Shown: piece by piece, positions 20,068 through 29,995 of the stretch | How the letters are laid out: each line of letters opens with the position of its first letter | Numbering within the stretch: position 1 is the first letter of the stretch | DNA from: an uncultured Acidobacteriota bacterium | Lineage (GTDB): Bacteria > Acidobacteriota > Thermoanaerobaculia > Multivoradales > JAGPDF01 | Reading direction: 5' to 3' | NCBI GenBank assembly: GCA_963700315.1 | Contig: CAVOXC010000017.1 | Span: 28,062 to 92,061 of the forward strand | DNA: 64,000 bases | Program-made: the position numbers and the translations under genes | The notes under the pieces: generated by a model | Database searches by the model: none | Told to the model about the DNA's origin: nothing | What the model saw: only the letters and a program-made list of their open reading frames with translations

Positions 20068-21949
20068 CGTCTTCGGCCTCCTCGAGCGGTTGGATTTCGA
20101 TCGGCTGCAACTCGACGACCTCGTCGCCGCGCCGCAGCTCGAAGTGGAGCGGCAGCCCGCGGCGCCGTGCCGGGCCGCGCCACCGCGGCGATTCCGGATC
20201 GGCCGGCCGCAAGCGGGCGAGCCAACGGTCCACCTGAATCTCCGGCACGCCGCGGCGTTCCAGATAGGAGCGCATCGCCGCCTCGACGCGCGGCCCGCTA
20301 CGGGAGAGCGCGAGCCGCCCGACGCGCTCCGAGCTACCGAACGCGGCCCCGGATTGCGCCAGCGGCTCGAACTTCCAGTCGGGCTCGCCGGCGCTCTCGC
20401 CCTGCCAGATCCGCAACGAGAAGGCGGGGCCTTCGCGCTGCAGGTGCGCGGCGAGCTTGGTTCCGGGAATCACACGCAGGACGACAGGGCGGGTCGCGAT
20501 CAGGACGGCGGCGAGCGCCATGGCCGCGACCGCCGCGGCCGCGAGCGCGAGGGTGGTTCGCGCGTGGCGCAGGCCGCGCCGCGCCCAGGCGCGCGCCTCG
20601 TCGCCCGCGAGCCAATGGAGCCAGGCGAAGACGACGCCGCCCACCGTGGCGAGCGACAGGCCGCCGCCCCAGAGCCAGCGAGCGGCGAAGCGCGGCTGGG
20701 TGTAGGCGTAGAACGCGGCGACGAGCGCGGCGAGGGCGAGAGCGGCCAAGCCGGCGTTGCTCCAGCCGCGTCGGCCGAGCGGCTCGATCGGCTCGCCCGC
20801 CGCCGCGGCGGCCCTCGGGAAGAGGACGCCCGACTCGGCGCGCAGGTAGAGCACCGGCACGCCCCAGTCCCGCTCGCCCGGGCCGCTCTCGTTGAAGATC
20901 GCGATGCGCCCGGCCGAGACCGCGGCGTCGATCGGCTGGCCGAGCGCGAGCGACTCGTAGAAGCGGGTGCTGAACGCGATCGCGCTCCGGTCGTAGAGCG
21001 TCGCCTGCATCGCCACCGCCGCCGGCAGGCCGCCGCGGACCAGGGCGGGAGCGATGCCGGTCCAGGGGTTGAAGCGATCGCGGCGGGCGCCTTCGCAGGC
21101 GCCGAGCACCGCGAGCCGCACGCCGCGCCCGTGCAAGTTGACGACGACGGTCTCGGCCGGCACCTCCACGGCCTTGCCTTCGGCGTCGCAGAAGACCAGG
21201 AACCCCTTGCCCGCGACGATGCCGATGCGGTCTTCGATCGCGGCCTGGAAGCGCCCGTGGCCGGCGAAGTGGAAGACCTGCGCGCCTTCGAGCAGCGCGC
21301 TCTCGAGGCCCGCGAGCGTCGCCGGCGCCACGACTTCGAGGCCGATCTCCCGGCGCTTCGCGAGCGCCGCGCGCAGGCCGCGCTCCTCGCCCGCGAGGTC
21401 GAGCGGCGCCCAGCGCGGGTCCTTGGGCGCCGCGAACAGGGCGACCAGGCGGAGCTTGCGCCCCGCGGTCGGCTCGAGGTTCGCGATCGGCTCGCTGAGC
21501 AGCTCGTAGCGGACGATCGAGATGCGCGGGTCGAGCGCCAGGAAGCCGGTCGCGTCGGCGGGCGCGTCCGCCGCTCCGCCCGGCGGAAGCCAGCCGAACT
21601 CCCAGGGGAGATCGGCGACCCCCCAGGTGTCGAGCTTGAGCCGGAGGCGCAGGCCCTCGTCCTCGTCGAGCGCCGCGAGGCTCCGCTCGAAGTAGCGCCG
21701 CGCCGGCTCCGGCAGCAGGACGTCGCCCAGGGCGCGGCCGAGCGCGAGCAGGCCTTCGAGGTCGAGCTCGCGCCGGTCGAGCCGGCCGCAGGCCTTGCGC
21801 AGGTCGGCGCCGAGGTCGATGCGGACCGCGTCGTCGCGCCGCTGCTCGCCCGCCGGCGAGGCCGCGACCCGGACCCGCAGCGACTCGAGCCCGGCGGCGT
21901 CGCGCTCGGGCTCGGTGATCTCGAGGTCGAAGTCGCGATAGCTGCGCAT
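20027..21949 (-). CDS. CHAT-domain caspase-like protease with C-terminal transmembrane helices
   Basis: 'ADLPWE', catalytic His 'FHFAGHG', catalytic Cys 'VLGACEG', 'PAAVAMQ', 'DWGVPVLY'; then about three hydrophobic helices and a soluble C-terminal domain. Confidence 0.9.
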   Translation of the reverse strand: MRSYRDFDLEITEPERDAAGLESLRVRVAASPAGEQRRDDAVRIDLGADLRKACGRLDRRELDLEGLLALGRALGDVLLPEPARRYFERSLAALDEDEGLRLRLKLDTWGVADLPWEFGWLPPGGAADAPADATGFLALDPRISIVRYELLSEPIANLEPTAGRKLRLVALFAAPKDPRWAPLDLAGEERGLRAALAKRREIGLEVVAPATLAGLESALLEGAQVFHFAGHGRFQAAIEDRIGIVAGKGFLVFCDAEGKAVEVPAETVVVNLHGRGVRLAVLGACEGARRDRFNPWTGIAPALVRGGLPAAVAMQATLYDRSAIAFSTRFYESLALGQPIDAAVSAGRIAIFNESGPGERDWGVPVLYLRAESGVLFPRAAAAAGEPIEPLGRRGWSNAGLAALALAALVAAFYAYTQPRFAARWLWGGGLSLATVGGVVFAWLHWLAGDEARAWARRGLRHARTTLALAAAAVAAMALAAVLIATRPVVLRVIPGTKLAAHLQREGPAFSLRIWQGESAGEPDWKFEPLAQSGAAFGSSERVGRLALSRSGPRVEAAMRSYLERRGVPEIQVDRWLARLRPADPESPRWRGPARRRGLPLHFELRRGDEVVELQPIEIQPLEEAEDDVDLVFVEPAANL

Positions 21950-21967
21950 GGCGGCGCGCGCTCCTGC

Positions 21968-23074
21968 TCAGGGGGCGAGCACGAGGGTGAGGGAGGAGTC
22001 GTCCGGAGGGAGGAACGTCAGCGTGTAGCCGTTCGCGTCCGGGTCGAGGTCCTGCACGAGCTGGTCGGTCGAGGGCGTCTCGTTCGACAGCACGATCTCG
22101 ATCTCGCGCCCCGCGGCCGCGGCCTCCTCGACGATCCAGGTGAGCGTCGGCAGATCGGGGTTGCCGTCCTTGCCGTTGGCCGAGATCAGGTAGCGATCGG
22201 CCGTCACCTTGCGAAAGAACTTGCGCGTGGCGTTGCGATCGCTGCCGTGGTGGGCCACCTTGAGCACGTCGACGTGACACCTGCCGGCGGCGTCGAGCCG
22301 CCCGGCCTGGCCGAGCCCCTGCAGCAGATGGTCGCTGCGGCCGTCGCCGGTCAGCAGCAAGCTCCTGCCGTCGGCCTCGGCGAGGACCATGATGCTGCTC
22401 AGGTTCGGGATGCTGCGGTCGGAGTTGGCGAGGACCGCCAGGTCGCCGTCGGCGACGGCCTCCTCGTGCGTTTCGAGCCACGCCGCCCACTTGGCCCGGA
22501 GCTCGTCCAGGTTGGCCTGCGTCGGACCGACCACGGTCAGGCTGAGGTTGTCGAGGACGACGGGTCCCGGCACGTCGTCGGCGCAGACGAGGTCGTTGGG
22601 AAAGCCGGCGTTGATCGGAAGGTGGAGCGCTTGCGCCGCGAGGCGCAGGGCGTTGCCCTCGGCGACGCCCTGCGTAGCCTCGGCGGCCAGCACCGAGGCG
22701 GCGTGGTTCGAGACGGCGCGCAGCCGGGGCGTGAGCGCGCCGTCGACGTCGATCGTCCGCGTGAACGAGTTGTGCCAGAGGCCGTCGATCTGAATCAGCC
22801 GAGACGCGCCGGTCGGGTCGGCGGCGTCGTCGGCGCGCAGTCGGACCAGCAGATCGAGCAGGCCGACGACGTGGTCGTTGTCGACGTGGGAGAGCAGCGC
22901 GAGATCGAGCCCGTGGCCGGCCGCCGCGATCGGCGCGAGCTCGGCTTCGAGGTGATCCTCGAAGGTGTCCGGTGGGCCGCCGTCGACGAGCAGGAAGCGG
23001 GGAGCGACTGCGCTGCCGTACTCGAGCAGGAAGCAGTCGCCGAACTCCGCTTGGATCATGCGCACCTTGAACAT
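21968..23074 (-). CDS. MBL-fold metallo-hydrolase (ComEC/Rec2, Avs1a-like)
   Basis: 'GDCFLL', 'LVDGGP', 'SHVDNDH', 'PNLSSI', 'LTGDG', 'KVAHHGS', 'ISANG..GNPD'; RBS GGAGGAG. Confidence 0.88.
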   Translation of the reverse strand: MFKVRMIQAEFGDCFLLEYGSAVAPRFLLVDGGPPDTFEDHLEAELAPIAAAGHGLDLALLSHVDNDHVVGLLDLLVRLRADDAADPTGASRLIQIDGLWHNSFTRTIDVDGALTPRLRAVSNHAASVLAAEATQGVAEGNALRLAAQALHLPINAGFPNDLVCADDVPGPVVLDNLSLTVVGPTQANLDELRAKWAAWLETHEEAVADGDLAVLANSDRSIPNLSSIMVLAEADGRSLLLTGDGRSDHLLQGLGQAGRLDAAGRCHVDVLKVAHHGSDRNATRKFFRKVTADRYLISANGKDGNPDLPTLTWIVEEAAAAGREIEIVLSNETPSTDQLVQDLDPDANGYTLTFLPPDDSSLTLVLAP

Positions 23075-23092
23075 TTCGTCTCCTCCACCACT

Positions 23093-25345
23093 CTAGAACG
23101 GCGCCATCGGTCCGGCGAGCTCCCCGACCACGACCAGCGCGTAGTCCTGGTCGGGCTTGAGCAGATTGCGGGCCGAGATCTGGATCAGGTAGTCGCCGGC
23201 CGGTGGGTTGGGGATCCGCACCACCTGCACGTTGTTGTCGGGATCGGGGGTCTGGATCGCCAGCGGCAGGTCGGCGTTGGCCACCCACTTCTGCTGCGAC
23301 TGGAGGTGCTGGACCAGGAGCACCAGGCTGTTCTGCAGGCCGCGGTCGGGCGCGTCGGTCCAGGCGAGACAGAGCCGCAGCTCCGCGCCGCCGGCGACGG
23401 GTACCTGGTGCCGGAAGCGCTGGCCGCTGCGCGAGAACTGATCGGCCGGGCTCTGCCAGCTGTCGAGGAACTCGAGCCCCAGCGCGGGCCGCATGGCGCT
23501 CGGCAGGGTCGATGGCAGGTGCACGCAGCCGAAGCCCTGGTGGAAGTTGGGCAGCGCGCCATGGTCCGCCACCGAATCGGCGGCGGTCAGCTGGCGCGTG
23601 CCGTTGATCAGCGTCGCCTTGAGCAGCGCGGCGCTCGGGTCGTGGTTGCGCTGGGCGACGAAATACTCGCGCACGAGCGCGGCGCAGCCGGCGACGAGCG
23701 GCGCCGCCATGCTCGTGCCGCCCAGGAACGCGTAGCTCGGACCGCCGCCGAAGGGGCCCCAGAAGTTGCGCAGCGGCGCGCGCGAGGATTTCGTCGAGAC
23801 GATGTCGGTGCCGGGCGCGACCAGGTCGGGCTTGATGCGGCGGTCGTCGCAGGGGCCGCGGCTGCTGAAGGCCGCGATCGCCTCGGGGTCGCCGGAGACT
23901 CTCTGCGCGGCGATCGGCGGGTCGGGGAAGTCGCCCGGCCAGGCGGTGCCGTAGGTCAGGCCGGCGAGCCCCTCGTTCGCGGCCGCGCGGCGGCTGCGGC
24001 TGGCGCCGACGACCAGGGCGTTCTTTGCCGAAGCGGGTGAGCCGATCGAGAGCCAGTCGACGAACCCCTGCTGCGCCTGGAGCGGCTGGGCCGCCGTCCC
24101 TTCGTTGCCGGCGGAGATGACGATCAGCATGTCGCGGCGGCGCGCGACGAACTCGTCGACCTCGCTCGAATTCAGCGTGTACATCGACCGCGTCGCGGCG
24201 CCCCAGCTGTTGTTGTGAATGCGCGCCCCCGCCTGGTAGGCCTCCTCGAAGAGGTCGGCGAGATCGAAGGGCAGGCCGCCGAGCCCGCCGCTGGCGTCGA
24301 GCAGCGACTGGAAGAAGAGCCGCGCCGCCGGCGCCGCGCCACGGATCTTGCCGGCCGAGGCGGTGCCGTCGCCCAGGACCGAGCCCGCGACGTGGGTGCC
24401 GTGGCCGTGTGGATCGCTGCTGTCGTTGGGGCGGCCGAGCGCGACGACGCCGATCACCCGGCCCTGGAAGTCGGCGTGGTTGTCGTCGAATCCGGTGTCG
24501 GCGACGCCGACGATCTGCCCCGATCCCGTCAGGCCGATGCCGACGCCGGCGCCGCCCGCCGGAGGATCGATGCCGAGCAGCTCGCGCGCGACGTCGTTGT
24601 GCAGCTGCGGCGCGATGTACTCCTCGATCCGCTCGACGTCCGGCAGCATCGCCAGGTCGTCGAGCAGGGGGGAGTCGGCGAAGGCGAAGACGCGGATCTT
24701 GCGCCCCTTGGCGCCGGCGATCTGCAAGTGGTTGGCCTCGAGCCAGCGCAGCACCTCGTCGGGCGCGGCCCCGGGTTGCAATCGAATGTCGAACGGGCGC
24801 GGCTCGCGCAGACCCGACGGCACCGGCTCGGTTTGCGGGCGGAGCAGCACGCCGGTGTCCTCGCGCGAGTAGAAGCGCACGCCGGCGACGAAGGGAAGCG
24901 CTCGGACTTGCGGCACCTCCGCCAGGGAGAGGAGCGCCTTGTAGCTGTTCTGCGGCACGTGCTCGAGCAGCGTCACCCCGAGGTTGCGCAGGTCGTCGCG
25001 CCAGTTCTCGAGCAGGGGCCCGGACAGCTGAACCAGGTAGTAGGTGGCGCGGTCGGCCGGCGGGACGTCCGCGGCAAGAGCCGCCGCGGCGGGCGCGCCG
25101 CGCTCGACCTGGCCCTGTCGCCGCAGTCCGGGTGCCACGTCGAAGGCGCGTCCCGGTGTCTCGGCGGCGCTCTCGGGCGCCAGCTCCTGGACGACCAGGC
25201 CCTGCGCTTCGAGCCCGGCGATCTCGGCCTCGTCGATCTCGCCGAGCAGGTAGCTCTCGGTGCGCTCGAAGTTCTGCATGCGGGCGCTCGCTTGCGCCTC
25301 CTCGCTCTCGTGCATGTAGTAGGCGATGACTCTCTTCGTGGCCAT
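23093..25345 (-). CDS. S8 subtilase (Kp43-like) without signal peptide
   Basis: Triad 'VADTG', 'HGTHVAG', 'GTSMAAP', oxyanion 'SAGNEG'; C-terminal beta-domain 'LAWTD..DNNVQVV'; RBS AGGAGG. Confidence 0.93.
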   Translation of the reverse strand: MATKRVIAYYMHESEEAQASARMQNFERTESYLLGEIDEAEIAGLEAQGLVVQELAPESAAETPGRAFDVAPGLRRQGQVERGAPAAAALAADVPPADRATYYLVQLSGPLLENWRDDLRNLGVTLLEHVPQNSYKALLSLAEVPQVRALPFVAGVRFYSREDTGVLLRPQTEPVPSGLREPRPFDIRLQPGAAPDEVLRWLEANHLQIAGAKGRKIRVFAFADSPLLDDLAMLPDVERIEEYIAPQLHNDVARELLGIDPPAGGAGVGIGLTGSGQIVGVADTGFDDNHADFQGRVIGVVALGRPNDSSDPHGHGTHVAGSVLGDGTASAGKIRGAAPAARLFFQSLLDASGGLGGLPFDLADLFEEAYQAGARIHNNSWGAATRSMYTLNSSEVDEFVARRRDMLIVISAGNEGTAAQPLQAQQGFVDWLSIGSPASAKNALVVGASRSRRAAANEGLAGLTYGTAWPGDFPDPPIAAQRVSGDPEAIAAFSSRGPCDDRRIKPDLVAPGTDIVSTKSSRAPLRNFWGPFGGGPSYAFLGGTSMAAPLVAGCAALVREYFVAQRNHDPSAALLKATLINGTRQLTAADSVADHGALPNFHQGFGCVHLPSTLPSAMRPALGLEFLDSWQSPADQFSRSGQRFRHQVPVAGGAELRLCLAWTDAPDRGLQNSLVLLVQHLQSQQKWVANADLPLAIQTPDPDNNVQVVRIPNPPAGDYLIQISARNLLKPDQDYALVVVGELAGPMAPF

Positions 25346-25372
25346 GGGGTCCTCCTGGTCGGGGCGGCCGGG

Positions 25373-26663
25373 TCAGCACTCGGCGCGCAGCTCGGCGAGG
25401 CGCCGGACGACGTCGGCCGGCAGCTCGCGGCCGCGAGCGTCGGCGAATCCGAGCTGCTCGAGGTAGCGGTCGAGATCGGGTTGACAGGCGAGAAAGCGGA
25501 GAACGTTCTCGGGCCGATAGAGCGCGCGCAGGTCGGGGAAGCGGAGCGCCCCGTTGTCGTTGCGCGCCGCCGGGTCGGCCTGGATTCGATGGATGACCGA
25601 CGCCGAGAGCGAGAGGTTGGCCGTGGCGGGCCAGTCCGAGAGGCTGCGGCGGCCCCGTCCGTAGCGCAGGCGCATGCCGTCGAGCAGGCGATAGGTCAGC
25701 GACTCGCTGCGGTAGAGACGATCCTGTGGATAGCGCCGATAGGCCGCGGCGAACGACTTGTCGACAGCGAGACCCTGGCCGGCGGCTTCGTCGAGGATCC
25801 AGTGGAAGGCGAGGTTGGCGAGCCCGTCGTCGACGTAGCCGCCGCCGACGTTGGAGTGGACGCCGGCGAACCAGCGCTGCTCGAGCGTCTGGCCGGGGCG
25901 GTGATCGGTCCAGACCTCGGGGCGGAAGTCGTAGCGCGCCTCGTCGATCGCGAGCGCCTGGCGGGCGTGCCGCACGCAGGCCGCGGGGCGCGCGCCGACG
26001 TGGAAGCTGCGGCTCGCGGTCGAGGTGCTCTCGCCCGCCGCCCGGAAGCGCGAGCCGAGCGCCATCACCGTGTCCCAGACGCCGAGGAAGGTGATGTCGA
26101 CCGGCTGGAAGGGCGCGAGCGGTTCCCGTGGGCTCTTCTCGGCGGCGCGCCAGGAGTCGATGGCGTGCCGGACCTCGGCGGCGCTGCGACGGCCGCCGCG
26201 CGGCGACGTACTCGCGGAAGAAGCGCGGTAGGTAGTAGGCGTCCCCCTTCGCCGGCAGGCCGCCCGACCAGTCGAGAAAGCGCGTCAGCGCCCGCGCCGT
26301 CGCCGCGCCCCGGCTGAAGCCGAAGACGAAGACCTCATCGCCCGGAGTCCGATTGTGCGCGAGGAAAGTCAACGCGTCCTCGACGTTGGCCTCGAAGCCC
26401 GCGCCGAAGGCACCGCCCAGGAGCTTGTCCGCCGTGCTCAGCAGCCGATTCGAGGCGCCGGGGTACTTCGCCAGCGATCCGACCCCGACGTCGTAGTAAA
26501 CGACCTGCTCGCGGCCGGAGTCTTGGTCGACCGGCAGCACCGAGCGGCAGAGCTTGAGGACGTTCGAGGGCTTGAGCACCTCGTGCCCGTCGTCGCGCTT
26601 CTTCTTGACGTACGTGCTGTTCCAGGTGCCGTCGAGGCAGAGGATCCATCGTCGAGGCGTCAT
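25373..26663 (-). CDS. DUF2235 (Tle1-like) alpha/beta hydrolase/phospholipase; frameshift near 26200
   Basis: 'ILCLDGTWN', 'YYDVGVG', 'FGFSRGAATAR', 'RQALAIDEARYDFRP', 'WFAGVHSNVGGGY'; a hydrophobic segment upstream in frame may extend the start to about 26760. Confidence 0.85.
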
Positions 26664-27040
26664 CTGCGGGGCCTCCGTGGCATCGGTTCGGGTCGGAAAG
26701 AGCAAGAGAAAGAGCGTGGCGACCAGAGTGAGCAGTGGATGACGAAGAGTGCGGCGGCACTGCGACGAGGGGGCGCGACGAGAGCGGCGCGGGCAGAAGC
26801 GGCCGCGCTCCGCCGGGAGCCCGTCAGGGCCCCTCGGTGCTCTCGAAGTCCAACCGTGCCGACGATTCATCGAGTGTAGCTCGAAGATAGGCCGCTCCCC
26901 GTGGCGACGTCGTCGCCTGTTTCACAGGCCGGACGAGCTCCGAGCGGGATTCACCCCTATGACTAGAGAACGAACCAAGCCCAGAATCCGGTCGCGGCGG
27001 CGCCTGAGCGGGGGGTGCCGCTCGTCGGCGGGCCCCAGCC

Positions 27041-27055
27041 GGGTGGCTGGCACCC
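27041..27055 (+). repeat. Dispersed 15-bp palindromic motif copy
   Basis: GGGTGGCTGGCACCC (compensatory end change keeps pairing) in the divergent intergenic region. Confidence 0.75.
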
Positions 27056-27229
27056 GCCGACCGAATTCCGGACCGCGAGATCGGCTGTTCTCGGCGCAGA
27101 AATCCTCGCCGCCGGGCCGGGATCGTGCTACTTTCGAGCTTCCTCTTCAAAGCCAAGTGCAGCAACGCCAGGGGCGTCTCTGGTGCATGCCACCTCCTTC
27201 CAGCAGCGCTGGAGAAAGAGAGAAGACGC

Positions 27230-29903
27230 ATGTCGTTCAGAAGACGTCTCATCACAGGAATCGGTTCCATGGCGCTCGTCGCGGGCGCCGCCGTCGCAGC
27301 TGACGGCTCGAGAGCGGTCGACAGCGCGCGCGCCTACGTCCAACAGCAGAGGCAAGCGCTCGGCCTGACCGCCGCGGACGTCGGCGAACAGGTCGTCAAG
27401 AGCGTCGTCGAGAGCCGGCACAGCGGCGTCACCCACGTCTACCTGCAGCAGCGCCACCGCGGGATCGAGGTCTACAACGGCGTGGTCAACGTCAACGTCG
27501 GCCGGGACGGGCGGGTGATCAACGCCGGCAGTCGCGCCGTCTCGAACATCGCCCTGCGCGCGGGATTCCAGACCGCGAGGTTGTCCGCGGTCGAAGCCGC
27601 CGCGGCGGCCGCCGGCCATCTCGGGTTGAGACCGACGGCGCCTTTCCAGGTGCTCGAGCGCAAGGGTGGCGCCGACGACGCGACGACGCTCTCGGACGGC
27701 GGCATCGCCACCCGGCCGATCGACGCCAAGCTGGTCTGGCAGTCCGCCGACGGTGCGGTTCGTCTGGCCTGGCTGCTCGAGATCGAGGAAGCCCGCGGCG
27801 AGCACTGGTGGTACGCGCTGGTCGACGCGACGACGGGCGCCTCGCTCGGCCAGGACGACCTGATCGTCCACGACTCGGCCGAGGCGACCGCTGCTCGCGA
27901 TCGCGCGTCCCTTCGACGAGGCCGCTGCGGCGCTGTCGTTCGCGCCCACCGACGGCGCGTCCTACAGAGTCTTTCCCTTGCCGCTCGAGAGCCCGAGCGA
28001 CGGCGGCCGCGCGCTGGTGACCGACGTCGCCAACCCCACCGCCTCGCCGTTTGGCTGGCACGACACCGACGGGGTCGCGGGAGCCGAGTTCACCGTCACG
28101 CGCGGCAACAACGTTCACGCCTACGCCGACCTCGACGCCAACAACATCGCCGATCCCGGCAGCGATCCGCGACGGCGGCCCGGGGCTGGTCTTCGACTTC
28201 CCGCTCGACCTCGAGCCTGCGACCCGTCCGATTCGCAGCCGGCCGATGGTGACGAACCTGTTCTACTGGAACAACGTGATGCACGACGTCACGTACAACT
28301 ACGGCTTCGACGAGGCGTCGGGCAACTTCCAGGTCAACACCTACGGCCATGGTGGCGTCGGCAACGACGACGTGCGCGCCGAGGCCCAGGACGGCAGCGG
28401 CACGCAACAACGCCAACTTCGGCACCGGCGTCGACGGCGTCCGGCCGCGCATGCAGATGTTCGTCTGGACGCTCGCCGCTTCCCGAACTTCGTCACCGTC
28501 AACTGCGCCGTCGGCGCATCGCCGGCGACTACTTCGGCCTCGGTGGCCGGCTTCGGCCGACGGCTGGCGACGACCGGGCCGATCAGCCGGCACCGTGGTC
28601 GCTGGTCGACGACGGCGCGGGAGCGTCGACGACGCGACGGCTGCGAGCCGTTCGTCGGCTGTCCCGCCGGCGACGATCGCGCTGATCGACCGCGGCGCCT
28701 GCACGTTCGTGGTCAAGGTGAAGAACGCCCAGAACGCCGGCGCCAGCGGCGGTCATCGTGGCCAACAACATCGCCGGCAACGCCGATCACCATGGGCGGC
28801 GCCGATCCGACCATCACGATCCCGTCGGTGATGATCAGCCTCGACGACGCCAACCTGTTCAAGGCCAACCTGCCGGTCGACGCGACGTGGCCGACGGCAC
28901 CGGCGGCGTCGCTCGACCGCGACTCCGACCTCGACAACGGCGTCATCGCCCACGAGTACGGCCATGGCATCTCGAACCGGCTGACCGGCGGACCGGCGGT
29001 GGTCAACTGCCTCAACAACGCCGAGCAGATGGGCGAGGGGTGGAGCGACTGGTTCGCGCTCGACGTTGACCACCCACCCGTCCGACACCGCGACCACGCC
29101 GCGTGGGATCGGCACCTACGTGATCTTCCAGCCGACCGACCGGCGTCGGCATCCGCCCGACGCAGTACACCACCGACATGGGCGTCAACCCGTCCACCTA
29201 CGCTGCGGTGGCCGACGTCGTGAACATCAGCCAGCCCCACGGCATCGGCTACGTCTGGAACACGATGCTCTGGGAGGTCTATTGGAATCTCGTCGACCGC
29301 TACGGCTACAACGCCGACATCTACGGCGCCTGGTCGACCGGCGGCAATAACCTGGCCTTCCAGCTGGTGATGGACGGGCTGAAGTTCCAGGTTTGCCGTC
29401 CCGGCTTCGTCGACGGCCGCGATGCGATCCTGGCGGCCGACGCCGCGCTCACCGGTGGCGCCAACCGGTGCGAGATCTGGCGCGGCTTCACCAAGCGTGG
29501 CCTGGGCGCGAGCGCCAACCAGGGCAGCTCGCTCAGCCGGCTCGACGGCGTCGAGGCGTTCGACCTGCCGGCGAGCTGCACGGCGGCGACCTTCGGCGGC
29601 TTCCGTCCGCCGGTCTACGACGCGCCGATCATCAACGACGTCAACGCCGGCTCGACGGTGCCGCTCAAGTTCGCGGTCGCCGGCGTTCCCAGCGTGCTGA
29701 TCGACTCACAGGAAGTCGACTGCTCGACGCTCGAGCCCACCGGCGCCGCTCCGGTCCCGGTGGCTTCGCCCGCGTTCCCGAAGAAGGGGAGCGACTACCA
29801 CGTCAACTGGAAGACCAGCGGCGCCTGGGAGGGCACGTGCCGGAGGCTGACGGTCCGTATCCCGGCCGCCAGCGACGCGCACGCGTTCTTCAACTTCCAC
29901 TGA
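27230..29903 (+). CDS. M36 fungalysin metallopeptidase with FTP/PepSY propeptide, PA domain and C-terminal PxKF domain; multiple frameshifts
   Basis: 'THVYLQQRHRGIEV', 'ASPFGWH', 'TRGNNVHAY', 'YGFDEASGNFQ', 'IAHEYGHGISNRLTGG', 'MGEGWSD', 'IDRGACTF..KVKNAQNAGA', 'AGSTVPLKF'. Confidence 0.9.
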
Positions 29904-29934
29904 AGACCAGCGGCCTTGGGCCGCACGCAGCTCC

Positions 29935-29968
29935 GGGGGCGCCGCTCAGTGCGGCGCCCCCCTTTTCT
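29935..29968 (+). terminator. Rho-independent terminator
   Basis: GGGGGCGCCGC-tcagt-GCGGCGCCCCC followed by CTTTTCT, between convergent genes. Confidence 0.75.
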
Positions 29969-29995
29969 CGGACGGCGTGGATCGCTCCGGAACGA

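Noticed and set aside
7098-26663. Type VI secretion locus (RHS, Tle1-like, OmpA)
   Set aside because: No Hcp, VgrG, PAAR or Tss genes in the window; these families also occur independently of T6SS.
20090-26870. Very long ORFs 20090..24040 (+) and 20334..26870 (-)
   Set aside because: They are shadow or off-frame ORFs caused by high GC; only the first part of the minus ORF (DUF2235 N-half) is real, and the true genes have clear motifs in other frames.
26870-27030. Structured leader RNA upstream of the protease operon (GCCTGTGAAACAGGC hairpin, GGGGTGAATCCC)
   Set aside because: Only isolated short hairpins; no recognisable family and no covariation evidence available.
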